This document shows, piece after piece, positions 9,035-20,389 of a stretch of DNA of 64,000 nt. The notes under the pieces were generated by a model. It was not told the DNA's origin, did no database searches, and saw nothing but the letters and a program-made list of their open reading frames with translations. Origin of the DNA: Microcoleus sp. GTDB taxonomy: Bacteria; Cyanobacteriota; Cyanobacteriia; Cyanobacteriales; Microcoleaceae. The stretch is from NCBI GenBank assembly GCA_052279835.1, contig CP181291.1:4160001-4224000 (forward strand), given 5' to 3'. Made by a program: the position numbers and the translations under genes. Every line of letters starts with the position of its first letter. Position 1 is the first letter of the stretch.

Positions 9035-10346
9035 TTGAAATACTCCCCGGCGTAAACGCACGGGGATTCTTTACGCTTCATCGACTGACGCTACCTTCAT
9101 AGTCTTACTCTGTCTCTGCGTACATTTAGAGTCGTGGCGATTCCCCATCCCGACTTTCTCTATATTCCTAGCAGCATTTTTATCTCTATCTTGCTGGGTA
9201 CCACAACTTAGGCAAAGCACCGAACGAATAGATAAATCAATTTTGCCCCACTTAAATCCACAGTCTGAACAAAGTTGACTGGTAGGCTCCCACCGACTAA
9301 TCACCTTTAACTCCCGATCAAACTTTTCCGACTTAGCTTCACAAAGTGTTCTAAATTCGTACCATCCCTGCTGGCTGATTGCACGAGAAAGTTTCCGATT
9401 TTTCACCATCCCTGACACATTTAAATCTTCCAAAACAATTACTTGGTTTTCGTTAACTATTTTGGTTGACAACTTGTGCAGATAATCTTTACGAGTATCA
9501 GCAATTTGATTATGCAACTTAGCAATTTTGATGCGAGTTACATTCCGTCTTTTGGAATCTTTGGGCTGACGAGCTAATTTCCGTTGTAGTTTACGAACCT
9601 TCCGGTCTAACTTTTTATAGCTAGGACTTTGAGCTTTCTCGCCATTGCTCATCACTGCAAAGGTTTTAATCCCTAGGTCGATGCCGATGCTGGGATTTTT
9701 AGTTTCAGCCTGAACTGGTTCTATTTCTACAACAAAACTCAGGAAATAACGGTTTGCACAATCTTTAATTACCGTGACAGAACTAGGTTCAGATGGCAAC
9801 TTCCTCGACCAGATTGGATTGACAATTCCAATCTTGGCTAAATAGACACCACCGCCCTCCTTCAGGGAGAAACCGCGAAGGGTAAACCTAGCAGATTGAT
9901 TGTTAGTCCTTTTTTTGAACTTGGGATACCCAGTTTTACGCCCTTTTCTCTTCCCTTTACAGGAGTTGAAAAAGTTCTTAAAAGCTACCTCCAAATCGGC
10001 TACAGATTGCTGCAAAGGAACTACCGATACTTCGCTGAGCCAAGCTCTTTCTTCAGATTGCTTAGCCCCAGTTATTACTACTTTTTGTAGCTCGGCCGAA
10101 CTTAGCTTTTTTTTGGACTGTTTGCACAGGGCAAGAGCATCGTTCCAGGCCACTCGAACACAGCCAAACAATTGAGCCAAGCTCTGTCGTTGTTGGTTGG
10201 TTGGATAGATCCTGTACTGATACCTTGCTTTCATTGTTTTTGCTGTTTGAATTACTCGATTATACCATGATTTCCAGATTTAATTGACAGCATCAAAGAG
10301 AATTAAATCCGTCCTAAAATGACGGGGCTTCAGACCCAGCTTTTTG
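9035..10346 (-). mobile_element. IS200/IS605-family element (tnpB only, no tnpA)
   Basis: Left-end hairpin gccccgtcattttaggacgg, preceded by TCAC; right-end hairpin aatccccgtgcgtttacgccggggagtatt ending in TCAA. Confidence 0.85.
9071..10234 (-). CDS. tnpB: RNA-guided endonuclease TnpB, apparently intact
   Basis: YQYRIYPT N-terminus; RuvC motifs GIDLG, VLEDL and DRDKNAA; CxxC...CxxC zinc finger. Confidence 0.95.
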   Translation of the reverse strand: MKARYQYRIYPTNQQRQSLAQLFGCVRVAWNDALALCKQSKKKLSSAELQKVVITGAKQSEERAWLSEVSVVPLQQSVADLEVAFKNFFNSCKGKRKGRKTGYPKFKKRTNNQSARFTLRGFSLKEGGGVYLAKIGIVNPIWSRKLPSEPSSVTVIKDCANRYFLSFVVEIEPVQAETKNPSIGIDLGIKTFAVMSNGEKAQSPSYKKLDRKVRKLQRKLARQPKDSKRRNVTRIKIAKLHNQIADTRKDYLHKLSTKIVNENQVIVLEDLNVSGMVKNRKLSRAISQQGWYEFRTLCEAKSEKFDRELKVISRWEPTSQLCSDCGFKWGKIDLSIRSVLCLSCGTQQDRDKNAARNIEKVGMGNRHDSKCTQRQSKTMKVASVDEA

Positions 10347-10388
10347 GTGAGATTAAATTTCTCAGCTAAACAATCACCACGATTATTT

Positions 10389-10880
10389 TTAGACCTTGGG
10401 TTCCTGAATCACAAAAACCGAGCAAGATGCGTGGTGAACGACATAATTGCTGACGCTACCGAGGAAAGCTTCTGCGATCCCCGTGCGCCCACGCCGCCCC
10501 AAGATGATTAAATCTGCGCCCCAATTTTGGGAATATTCACAGATACAATGGCCTGTATCGCCATCTATTTGGGAGTCAAATTCCACCTTTACTCCTTGAT
10601 TTGCTGCTGCGTCGCAGTAATTTTTCAGCAAACTCTCCCCTTGTTTGACTTCTTTTTCTAGCAACAAACGTTGAGTTTGATAAGCCTGATCCATTAATTG
10701 TACATTCATGCCCAAATCTACCGGAATTGGTACGGCAGACTCGCCCAAGGAGTTGACGGTGACGCAATGAAATAGCATCACAGCAGCTTGATTAGCCTTA
10801 GCTAATTCTAAAGTTTCGTTGAACACGCGGTGGCTCAATTCAGAGTCATCTAAGGCCGCAAAGATTTTCTGAAAACTCAT
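10389..10880 (-). CDS. Universal stress protein
   Basis: FQKIFAALD and ADLIILGRRG...LGSVSNYVVHHASCSV motifs. Confidence 0.95.
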   Translation of the reverse strand: MSFQKIFAALDDSELSHRVFNETLELAKANQAAVMLFHCVTVNSLGESAVPIPVDLGMNVQLMDQAYQTQRLLLEKEVKQGESLLKNYCDAAANQGVKVEFDSQIDGDTGHCICEYSQNWGADLIILGRRGRTGIAEAFLGSVSNYVVHHASCSVFVIQEPKV

Positions 10881-10960
10881 TGATTAACCTCCGATGGTAA
10901 TTAATAAACAGCGACAAGGGAGAAAATGCCTTTGACTTTAGTTCACAATCTCTCTCACTT

Positions 10961-11671
10961 CTAGACTAACAGCCGTTCTAGGGCGTGCAAGTCGGGAATA
11001 CACAAAATGTCGCGTTCGCGCTGAATAGTTCCTTTTTTTTCCAGTTTGCTCAGCACCCGCGTTACTGTTTCCCTCGCTAGACCGCTGAGACTGCTCAATT
11101 CTCTGTGTGGGAGGTTGGGAATTTCTGTACCTCCTGTGGACATGATTTTCCCTTGTCCTTCTGCCAAAAATAATAGAATATCTGCTACTCGTGAGGTACT
11201 GTCGGACTCTCGCAAGCGGAGACGACGATTAACTTGTCGCAGCCTGCGGGCCATCAGTTGAGCCAGCCGAATCCCTGCTAGCGGCTCGGTGTGAATGAGT
11301 TGCACAAAATCCTGGGATGGCATATTGCCGATCAGTGTCGGAGCTAGGGTAATGACATCTGTCGATCGCGGTGTTTCTTCGATCGCCGCCATTTCACCGA
11401 ATAGCTCTCCTTTGCCTAAAATATTGAGCGTTACTTCTTTTCCGTCTAGGTTGTAGGTGCGAATTTTCACCCAACCATCCAATATAAAATACACAGATGT
11501 ACCCCAGTCATTTTCCAACAAAATCACTTGATTTGAAGGATGGCTGCGGGTAACAATGTGGACAGTTGCTCTCTCAATTACAGGATCGGGTAAGCCTAAA
11601 AAGAAAGGAGTGGATACTATCAATTGATTGATATTCGACTGCGGATCTCGGGTGTTAAAGCGGTCTTCCAT
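10961..11671 (-). CDS. Crp/Fnr-family transcriptional regulator
   Basis: cNMP-binding domain (GELFGEMA, PRSTDV) plus HTH (LARETVTRVL). Confidence 0.95.
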   Translation of the reverse strand: MEDRFNTRDPQSNINQLIVSTPFFLGLPDPVIERATVHIVTRSHPSNQVILLENDWGTSVYFILDGWVKIRTYNLDGKEVTLNILGKGELFGEMAAIEETPRSTDVITLAPTLIGNMPSQDFVQLIHTEPLAGIRLAQLMARRLRQVNRRLRLRESDSTSRVADILLFLAEGQGKIMSTGGTEIPNLPHRELSSLSGLARETVTRVLSKLEKKGTIQRERDILCIPDLHALERLLV

Positions 11672-12455
11672 GAGGCCATCATTTTAATTTATGCGCTTGA
11701 GCTTTGCTGGGCAGTTAAAAATAGCTTGCAGCCGAGTCATTGAATTTAACAAACCAGAAACAAGAATCTAAAATTAGGAGTTTTACCTCTAAAGTTTTGC
11801 GGTCCCCGGTCAAAAGATGGAATTAATAGCCTAAATCTCCGATTGGGAGCTAGAAGCTAAAAAATATACCATAATTTTTGAGGTCAACACCTGTCACCGA
11901 AGTTTAGCTACATAATTGTAGCAGCCTAGTCTGCGAGTCAGAGGATGTGACTACCTTTGTCAAGCAGCTAGCGAGAGATAGTTTAACACTGCTGAGAGCT
12001 TTGTTGTCAGGAGACCCCAACAGTCTATTGGTACAGTCCGCTAATATGTCATGCCAGTAACAAAATAGGATTTTCTACTGGCGAGCAACTCTCCCAGGTC
12101 AGCATCAATGGAAGATTCGGGGGAATAGTAGCCTCAAGGTTGGCGATCGATCTTGCGAGACTGGCGAGTTGTCTTAGCAACCTATCAGAGAACCCCCAAA
12201 ACATTGTACCATTAATGTCTAGCCATAGATAAAGATAAAAAGCTATCATCAATTCTTACCGATCGCAAGGCAAAACATAGATAGTAGTTGGCAAGAAGTA
12301 AAAAGAACCCTACAGATGGTCGGGCCCAAAAATACTACACCCGAAACAGGGGGATTGCATCCTGATTAATCTATGTATTTGAACATGACTCTCCCATGAC
12401 TTCAGCCTTTTTTTGGTAAAGTTTTTCGCAAGCCGCATTCTTAGAGGTTCCGCCC

Positions 12456-15400
12456 TTGAATTCTCAGAAGTACAAAATTCAAGCACTAATTGCTGAGATT
12501 GATGAGGTACTCAGCAAACCCGTACCCCGACTACCTTGGACGGGTTCGATCGATCTCGTGCACCAGCGTCAACTTTTAGAGCGAGTTCGCACCTATCTGG
12601 TTTCCCCAGACTCAAAGCTAATGGTGCCAGACAAACCAGCCAACAGCCCCCAGATGCGCCCGCAACCAGTTCCAGTACCCAAAGTGCCACTGGCGACAAA
12701 TCAACACTCAACCACAGAGCAAATCTTACAAGCAGTCACCGGAGAAATCAGCCATTTGCGAGAAAAGCTGACTGGTCCACTGCAAGAAGACATAGAAGCT
12801 CTCCGTCAACAACAGCAGGCTCTGGTTCAAGAAATCAAGGAGCTGGAAGTCAGACGTCAGCAGCAACAATCCTTAGCTCAGCAACAAGCCCACCAACAGC
12901 AAATCATTTCGGAATTTTTGCAAGCAGTCACCAGCCGCCTGCAAGAAACCTGGCTCGGCAATTTATCCCCAAGCCCCCAAGCAACTACCTCGGACTCCCT
13001 GGAGGTGCATCCACAAGCCCCAGGAGAATCATCGGTGCCGACATCGGCCCCCAGGTTGGAACAACTGCAAGAATTCGAGACTGAAGCCGATCGCCTCCTC
13101 ATGAGACTCGATTCTACAATGCACATTGTATTCGAGGCTTTGCAAGGAAATTTGGAAAGCTATCAAGCCTCTTTGTCCCAAGGACTCGAAAAAATGCACG
13201 GTTTGGGTCAACAGAGCGAGATGATGTTTACCGCTTTGGTGAGCCACTTGGCCGAGGAGTTGGGGTCGAGAAGCATCATCCTATCTACAGCAGCCCATCG
13301 ACTTGTCGAACCTCGGAAATACCACTTTCACCAGCGAGATACTACCAAACACCTCTCAAACCCAGTTAGCTACCGAGACTCCCAGAGCAGAAATGGCGAT
13401 CGCCCCTGGGAATAGTAGCAACCAACTCGCAGAACAAGAAAGACTACCCTATGCGGGAACCGAAATTTCTTCCCAATTCGGACAGTTGAAACGCGATCGT
13501 ACTTCCGTAGCCATTTCGCTCCCGGATTTGGAAGCAAACTTGTTCGGTTCCGGGCCGCAAGTCGATCCACCAACAACTCCCTTTCCAGGGGCTGAATCCG
13601 AAACACCATCGGCAAAAACTGATGAAGAGGTTGAGGATGTTTATGCTAATTTATTTCTGGAAGCAGAAGTTGCAGAACTAGACCTGGAAAACTTCGTTAT
13701 AGAAAATACCGCAACTGCTACCGAAAGTAAATTAATCCCCTCTGAAAATCAGCCAGTAGTTGCCAGTGAATCATCCCTAGATAGTCAGGGATTAGATTTG
13801 TTTGGAGAACTAGAATTTGAGGATTCCTCTGCATCAAATCAGCCAGTAGTTCCCAGTGAATCACCACTAGATAGTCAGGGATTAGATTTGTTTGGGGAAC
13901 TGGAATTTGAGGATTCCTCTGCATCAAATCAGCCAGTAGTTGCCAGTGAATCATCACTAGATAGTCAGGGATTAGATTTGTTTGGGGAACTGGAATTTGA
14001 GGATTCCTCTGCATCAAATCAGCCAGTAGTTACCAGTGAATCACCACTAGATAGTCAGGGATTAGATTTGTTTGGAGAACTAGAATTTGAGGATTCCTCT
14101 GCATCAAATCAGCCAGTAGTTACCAGTGAATCACCACTAGATAGTCAGGGATTAGATTTGTTTGGAGAACTAGAAGCTGAGGATTTATCTGCATCAAATT
14201 CCAGCTTGTCAGGAAATGATGAAGCGCTAAATGCGACGAACGAGTTGTTTCAAAATCTATTAAATGAAGATGAATCAGAGGCAGGATTTTTAGTAGGTGA
14301 AAATTCCGAGGAGCTAACTTTAGAGACTCCAGATTTAGGGGAACAGCAAGTGACAACACTACCCCTGTCTCCAGAACCAACCATGCCCAAAGTCGAGCCA
14401 CAACGACTGGGGAATCAAGGAGCAAATCCAGCAACTGCATCTAGCCAAAGTGAACTATCAGCTACTGAGGCCGGGACTCAAACCCGATCGACCTCTGAGC
14501 TACCACGGGCTTTGAGAAGCAGGGGAGAAAGTAGTTCCACATCCCAAAGCGCGCCAACTAATTTAGAACCCAGTAATCTCGCCCCTGAAGATTTTTATAT
14601 CCAAGCTTCACCGGACGAAAATTTGCTACCGATAGATTCCTCTCAGGAGGAAGAGGTCGATCGCTCCCTGAACTTGGACAGCGATATTCTGGAACAATTA
14701 GAGTCAGACCTTTACAGTCTCGAAGGAATAGAAAATACTAGCCCCAGACCATCCCCAGGCTCCACAAAAGTCAAATCCGGTTTCTTTGCCGATGCTGAGG
14801 CTAACACAGCAAACCCTTTTCCAGAAATGGCAGAGGCAGAACTCGGCACCCTAGAAGATTTGTTCCCAGATATCTTGCAAGAATCATCGGAGGATGAAAT
14901 TTTTACTTTAGAAGACGATCTGGATTCTGATTTATTGACTCAAGAGGAAGCAGCGAATGTCACTCTAGACGATATTTTGGCTAGTTTGACCCCAACACAT
15001 GAAAATCCGATTAATTCTGCCAATCCTTCCCCAGAAACTGCCGCAGAAACTACCAGAATGCGGTCGAATTCCCCAAAAAGTCAAAAAAAAAACCTAATTT
15101 CGATCGAGAGTAACAAAGCAGCATCAGTTCCCAATTCGGTTGCAGGCTCCATCGCTCCTTCATTCCCCGAATCTCCCACTCCAGCGCCCCAGCGCCCCAA
15201 TTCTCACTGGTATTTAAGCATTGACTTCGGCACCTGCGGGCTTTCGGCGGCTTTGGTCGATCGGCAAAAACATCAGTTGTACCCAATTTACTGGGAGAAA
15301 CAACCCTCAGAAACATCCTCTAATGATGCTTATGAGCCTGTTACTACTTGTCGCATTCCCTCGGTGGCAGTTTTGGCAAAAACAGCCACCGAGGGTCTAG

Positions 15401-17043
15401 GACAGCAAATAAGCGTCAAGTCGGTGGGCGATCGACCACCGACTTTGCTAGTTGGGGAGTTGTTGCTGCAAAATTTCAAACTACCTTTGAAGGTGGGCAT
15501 TCCCTATCTGCGGGAAACAGGAGTTGTCTATGAGCCTCTGTTGCAGTTTTCCCAGGAGCAGGCTATTTCTATCGCTTTGCCCCTCAACGGTTTGCGGGCG
15601 CTGTTGACTACTTTAAATCCCAGCTTACAGGGGCAGAATGATGATTTGTCAATGCCTAATTTCATCTGTCGAGCTTCGGGATTGGAGAAGGAAACTCTGG
15701 ATCGAGCGCTGCAAAACTTACGCGGCGTAATTTTGGGGACTCCCGCCCATTGGTCCGATGCTTATCGGTTTAACCTGCGGGAGGCGGTTTTGGGTGCGGG
15801 ACTGGTGGCAGAAGGTGAGCAAGTTTTTGTGGTGGAAGATGCGATCGCCACTTTGCTTTCTGCCGTAACTCCTGTGACAAATGCCTATTTTGGGCAGTCG
15901 GAAACCGGGGAATCGATCGCTGAGGAAAATCCCGCATCAAACCGACAGTTAGTGCTTCATAGTTCGTCTTTTTGCGGGGGAACTTTGATTATAAATGCGG
16001 GGGCGACGACAGTGGAATTGGGTTTAGTTGATTTGCCCGAAAATAGTCAACATTTAAGTTATACTGATTTTGCTTGCCAAAGTTTTGCTTTTGCTGGCAA
16101 TGCTTTCGATCAAGATATTATTTGTCAGTTATTAGCAAAAAATGAAACCTTTGGAATGTCGCTGGATTTACCTCGTCCTGGACATCCAGATTTACCCAGT
16201 CGTTATCAATTGCAGCAGCGCTTACAAAGTTCCACTTTGGGTCTGCAATTGTTGGAAGCTGCCCGACATTTGAAGGTGATTTTGCAGCATCAAGAAAGCT
16301 TTGTTTTGGATATTGGCGAACAACGTTGGAATGTGCGGCGGCAGGATTTGGAAAGTCAGGTTTTAGTGCCTTTTGTGCAGCAGTTGAACCGCGAATTGAA
16401 TGTTTTGTTGAGCCGTGTCGGAATGTCGCCAGTGGGCATAAATCAGGCTATTTGTGCTGGGGGAATGGGCGCTTGGCCGGCGATCGCCCGTTGGCTGCGA
16501 CAGAAACTCCCGAATGCGATCGTGGTTCAATACCCAGAATTTGAGGATGTGAAAATCAGTCGCGTGGCTTGCGGATTGGCGAGTGTAGCTGTTTATCCTC
16601 AAATTTTAGATGCTTCGAGGCATCAATACGGCAACTTTTTTATTCTGTGGGAATTAATGCAGGTGCTGGGGGAAGCAGCTATGAGGTTTGAGCAAATTTT
16701 GCAGTTATTGGAACGCCGTGGCGTGAATACTCGCACCTGTGAGTCCCGGATTTTGGGAATTTTGGCGGGAAATTGGACGGCGGGACTTTTGCCCGATCGC
16801 ACCGATTTAATGTTGTTAGCGCCGGATTCTCAGCAAAATCCTGATTGGGAGGCGATCGGGGCCGCACCGCTATTCCTTCAAGAGGGCGATTCCCTACGGG
16901 ATAGCTGCGCTTCACGGACTTATAGTTTGAATATTCCACAGGCTTCTATAGTGCGGGAATATTTGACCAAACTCGCCTCTAGCAGTCAGCAAAAAATCTT
17001 AGAACCCCTCACAATTGCTTGGGGTGTTCGGACAAATAGTTAA
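12456..17043 (+). pseudogene. Large coiled-coil / acidic-repeat / actin-Hsp70-fold protein split by a single +1 frameshift (or a sequencing error)
   Basis: ORFs 12456-13415 and 13303-17043 join if one G is removed from GGGG at 13262-13265, giving LAEELGREASSYLQQPIDLSNLG. The C-terminus has IDFGT, INAGATT and ICAGG motifs. Confidence 0.75.
13747..14196 (+). repeat. Five in-frame 90-nt tandem repeats (30 aa, NQPVVxSESxLDSQGLDLFGELEFEDSSAS)
   Basis: Units start at 13747, 13837, 13927, 14017 and 14107. Confidence 0.95.
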
Positions 17044-17086
17044 TAGATTCCCCATGCTCTATTCCCATTCAATGCAGGAGTAATCG

Positions 17087-17929
17087 ATGTTGTTAGAATT
17101 AGCGATCGGCGATGCTTATGGTGCCGGTTTTGAATTTGCCCCGCAGCAAACAATTGAATTGTACAATAATCTCCACGGCTACCTCAAGCATCCCTTCCAC
17201 GATATCTCACCCGGATGCTACACCGATGATACTCAGATGAGTTTAGCAATTGCTGAAGCGATCGTTAGCCAAGAACCTTGGACACCGGAACTTTTAGCCC
17301 GCAAATTCATTGCAGCTTTTCATCGCGATCGCCGACTTGGTTATTCCGGTAAGTTTTACAATTTTTTACTGCAAGTTCAAGACGAAACAGAATTTTTAGC
17401 CAAAATTAACTCCGCTAGCGATCGAAGTGGAGCCGCGATGCGAGCAGCCCCCATTGGCATTTTTCCGAGTATTGAAAAAGTCATCGAAAATGCTACCATT
17501 CAAGCAGCAATTACCCACAACACTCCCGATGGCATTAATGCAGCTAGAGCCGCTGCTTTGATGTGCCATTACTTTATTTATCAGCTAGGTTTAAAGCAGA
17601 ATTTGGGCAATTTTCTGGAAACTCACATAGCGGGTCAATGGTCAATTCCTTGGCAAGGAAAAGTTACATTAACAGGTGTAGTCTGTGTCAGAGCAGCTAT
17701 TACTGCTGTGATGCGAAATGATAGTATGAGCCAACTGCTCCAAGATTGCATTGCCTTTTCGGGAGATGTAGATACAGTAGCAAGTATTGCTTTAGCCGCT
17801 GGTTCTTGTAGCAGGGAAATTGCCCAAGACCTTCCCGAAAACCTGGTGCAAGGATTAGAAAATCTATATTACGGTCGAGATTATATCAGAGAACTGGACC
17901 AACAATTAATGATTTGTATTGTTAAGTAA
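17087..17929 (+). CDS. ADP-ribosylglycohydrolase family protein
   Basis: AIGDAYG, YTDDTQM, SGAAMR and GDVDT motifs. Confidence 0.9.
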   Translation: MLLELAIGDAYGAGFEFAPQQTIELYNNLHGYLKHPFHDISPGCYTDDTQMSLAIAEAIVSQEPWTPELLARKFIAAFHRDRRLGYSGKFYNFLLQVQDETEFLAKINSASDRSGAAMRAAPIGIFPSIEKVIENATIQAAITHNTPDGINAARAAALMCHYFIYQLGLKQNLGNFLETHIAGQWSIPWQGKVTLTGVVCVRAAITAVMRNDSMSQLLQDCIAFSGDVDTVASIALAAGSCSREIAQDLPENLVQGLENLYYGRDYIRELDQQLMICIVK

Positions 17930-17957
17930 AGTGACCGCAAAAATGTTAACTTAAAAG

Positions 17958-18007
17958 CTTCCTTCTTCCTTCTTCCTTCTTCCTTCTTCCTTCTTCCTTC
18001 TTCCTTC
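17958..18007. repeat. Heptamer tandem repeat (CTTCCTT)n
   Basis: About 7 copies read directly. Confidence 0.9.
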
Positions 18008-18021
18008 TATCTTCTGAATTT

Positions 18022-18540
18022 ATGAATTTGCCTAATTTAATTACTTTTTCTAGATTGCTGGGAGTGCCTTTTCTCCTGTACGGTTTATACGATCCAAGCG
18101 TGCAAAGTCGCTGGATTTGTGTGGCAATTTTTGTGTTGGCGGCGGCTACAGATTGGCTGGATGGCTATTTGGCTCGGAAACTCAATCAAATTACCGATTT
18201 GGGGAAGTTTCTCGATCCTTTGGTGGATAAATTGTTAGTGTTAGCGCCACTTTTAGTTTTGATTGAGTTGGGTAGAGTCCCAGCTTGGGGTGTGTTTCTA
18301 ATTTTGGCAAGGGAGTTGACAATCGCTGGGTGGCGTGTTAATAAAACTAAAATTTCTGGTGCTAATATCTGGGGTAAACTGAAAACAGTCAGTCAAATTG
18401 TGGCGATCGCGCTTTTAATTGCTCCCCTTTCTGAAGCGGGGAATTTTCCTGCATTAATTGCTTTTTGGGTTTCTGTGGCTTTGACTTTGATTTCTGGGCT
18501 GATTTATCTTTGGCCGGAACAGGTGGCTGAGGAAAAGTAA
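18022..18540 (+). CDS. pgsA: CDP-diacylglycerol--glycerol-3-phosphate 3-phosphatidyltransferase
   Basis: MNLPNLITFSR start and TDWLDGYLARK...GKFLDPLVDK CDP-alcohol motif. Confidence 0.92.
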   Translation: MNLPNLITFSRLLGVPFLLYGLYDPSVQSRWICVAIFVLAAATDWLDGYLARKLNQITDLGKFLDPLVDKLLVLAPLLVLIELGRVPAWGVFLILARELTIAGWRVNKTKISGANIWGKLKTVSQIVAIALLIAPLSEAGNFPALIAFWVSVALTLISGLIYLWPEQVAEEK

Positions 18541-18626
18541 TATTAAGGCCAATTACTGATAAATATTCTCTGGGTGTTAACCAAATGAATTATACATTTT
18601 CATAAAAATATCAAATCTAAAATCCA

Positions 18627-20078
18627 ATGAAATTAGGGATTAGGACTAAATTGTTGGCTAGTTTTGGAGCTTTGACTGCCTTACTCGCAGGTGTGGGGTT
18701 TGTCGGTTGGCGCAACACCGTTGAACTAGGACAAGATGCACAGAAATTATACGCATATCAAGTTAAAGGGACAGTGGCTCTAGCCAACTCAGAGTCGGCT
18801 TTGTGGAAGTTGCGTTACGGCTTTCCTCAGTTTATCGTTCAACCAGAGAGGCGATCGGCAATTTTAGCCGAAGAGCCAAAGTTATACAAAATAATTGACG
18901 ATAACCTAGGAGAATACGCCAAAGGTGAAATCGCACCAGAAGAGCAAGCAGCTTTCAAAAAAGTCCAAGATGCTTATCAAAGGTATATTTCAGCCAGACC
19001 TCGATGGTTTGAGTTGCAGCAAGCTGGCAAAATTCAGGAAGCTGCTGAGTATCGCGCAGCTACGACAACTCCCTTTGGTGCTGAAACAGTTGAGGCTTTT
19101 TCCACACTGATCGAGCTCCAGCGAAAAGTTGGAGAAAAAAAACATGATGAGATTGAAGCGAAAATTCGGAGTTTGACAGTGCTGCTGGTGGTTATTCTGG
19201 TGTTTGCTTTGTTAGCCGCGGCAGTTCTGACGGCGATCGTCAGCCATGATATTGTTAACCCCATAGTCAAATCTGTGAAGAAGATTGCGGCTTCTTCTAC
19301 CCAAATCACGGCCGCAGTGGCTCAGCAGGAATACACTGTGTCTCAACAAGCTAATGCTGTGAATCAAACGACTACCACGATGAATGAGTTAAGTGTTGCT
19401 TCGGAAGTTTCAGCCAAGCAAGCAGAAGCCTCAGCAGTCTCGGCTCATCAAGCGCTAACATTAGCTGATTCCGGTCGTCAATCCGTAGAAAATACAATGA
19501 ATGGGATAGTAAATCTTCAAGAAAAAGTCGAAGCCATCGCCAAACAGATTAGTTACTTAAGTGAAAATGCGGTTAAAATTGGTGGAATTTCTGACTTAGT
19601 AGCAGATATTGCTAACCAAACTAATATGCTAGCTCTTAATGCCGCCGTCGAAGCAGTCCGTGCTGGCGAAAATGGTAAGGGTTTTTCGGTGGTTGCTACA
19701 GAAATTCGCCGTCTGGCTGATGAAAGCAAAAAATCAGCAGAGAAAATTAATGGTCTGGTAACGGAAATTAAAATGGCGATCGACCAAACAGTTAAAGTCA
19801 CAGAGGAAGGAGCCAAAACAGCGGATAAAAGTATTCAACAAGCCCAAGGAACCACAACAATTTTGGGGGGTGTAGCAGAGTCGATAGACAAGGTATTTTT
19901 GAACAACCAACAAATTTCTCTCAATGCTAACCAACAGGCGATCGCCATTCAACAAGTCCTGGAAGCGATGAACAATGTTAACTTAGGCTCGGCAGAAACT
20001 GCCACTAGCCTCGCTCAAGTTAAACTATGTACGGAACTGCTCAACGAAACCGCAGCAGAACTTAAAAAGCTATCTTAA
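18627..20078 (+). CDS. Methyl-accepting chemotaxis protein
   Basis: Two transmembrane helices around a helical sensor; signalling hairpin IANQTNMLALNAAVEAVRAGENGKGFSVVA. Confidence 0.95.
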   Translation: MKLGIRTKLLASFGALTALLAGVGFVGWRNTVELGQDAQKLYAYQVKGTVALANSESALWKLRYGFPQFIVQPERRSAILAEEPKLYKIIDDNLGEYAKGEIAPEEQAAFKKVQDAYQRYISARPRWFELQQAGKIQEAAEYRAATTTPFGAETVEAFSTLIELQRKVGEKKHDEIEAKIRSLTVLLVVILVFALLAAAVLTAIVSHDIVNPIVKSVKKIAASSTQITAAVAQQEYTVSQQANAVNQTTTTMNELSVASEVSAKQAEASAVSAHQALTLADSGRQSVENTMNGIVNLQEKVEAIAKQISYLSENAVKIGGISDLVADIANQTNMLALNAAVEAVRAGENGKGFSVVATEIRRLADESKKSAEKINGLVTEIKMAIDQTVKVTEEGAKTADKSIQQAQGTTTILGGVAESIDKVFLNNQQISLNANQQAIAIQQVLEAMNNVNLGSAETATSLAQVKLCTELLNETAAELKKLS

Positions 20079-20340
20079 TTCAAAACCCCGATCGCTCTGT
20101 GCACTTATCCAAACTGTCCCTATCTCTCGCGATCGCTTCTTTTATACTCTCTATTCTTGAAGTTAATCCACCGAAAGATATATGGCTCTCTCGGATATTT
20201 TGTGAAAAATGTAGCAATCAATACTAAATTTCTTAATCGTGAAAGCTCAAACCCTTGATTTTGCAAAATCATAAGCATTACTTATCACCAAATATCCGAG
20301 AGAGCCAATCAGAAGTTCTGCTGGGGGGAATGAATCAGAG

Positions 20341-20368
20341 AAATAAAAATAGCCCGCAGTGGCGGGCT
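20341..20368 (-). terminator. Rho-independent terminator
   Basis: Minus strand agcccgc-cact-gcgggct followed by atttttattt. Confidence 0.75.
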
Positions 20369-20389
20369 TTGTGTTTGTATTCTGATTGT

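Noticed and set aside
11672..12455. Long intergenic region with a 67-aa ORF and a partial TGTGA CRP-like site near 11946
   Set aside because: No convincing ORF, RNA family or full palindrome was found.
13747..14196. Possible CRISPR array
   Set aside because: Units are contiguous, in-frame coding repeats with no unique spacers, and no cas genes are present.
20211..20224. NtcA-like GTA-N8-TAC box
   Set aside because: No correctly spaced -10 element or gene start on either side; likely chance.
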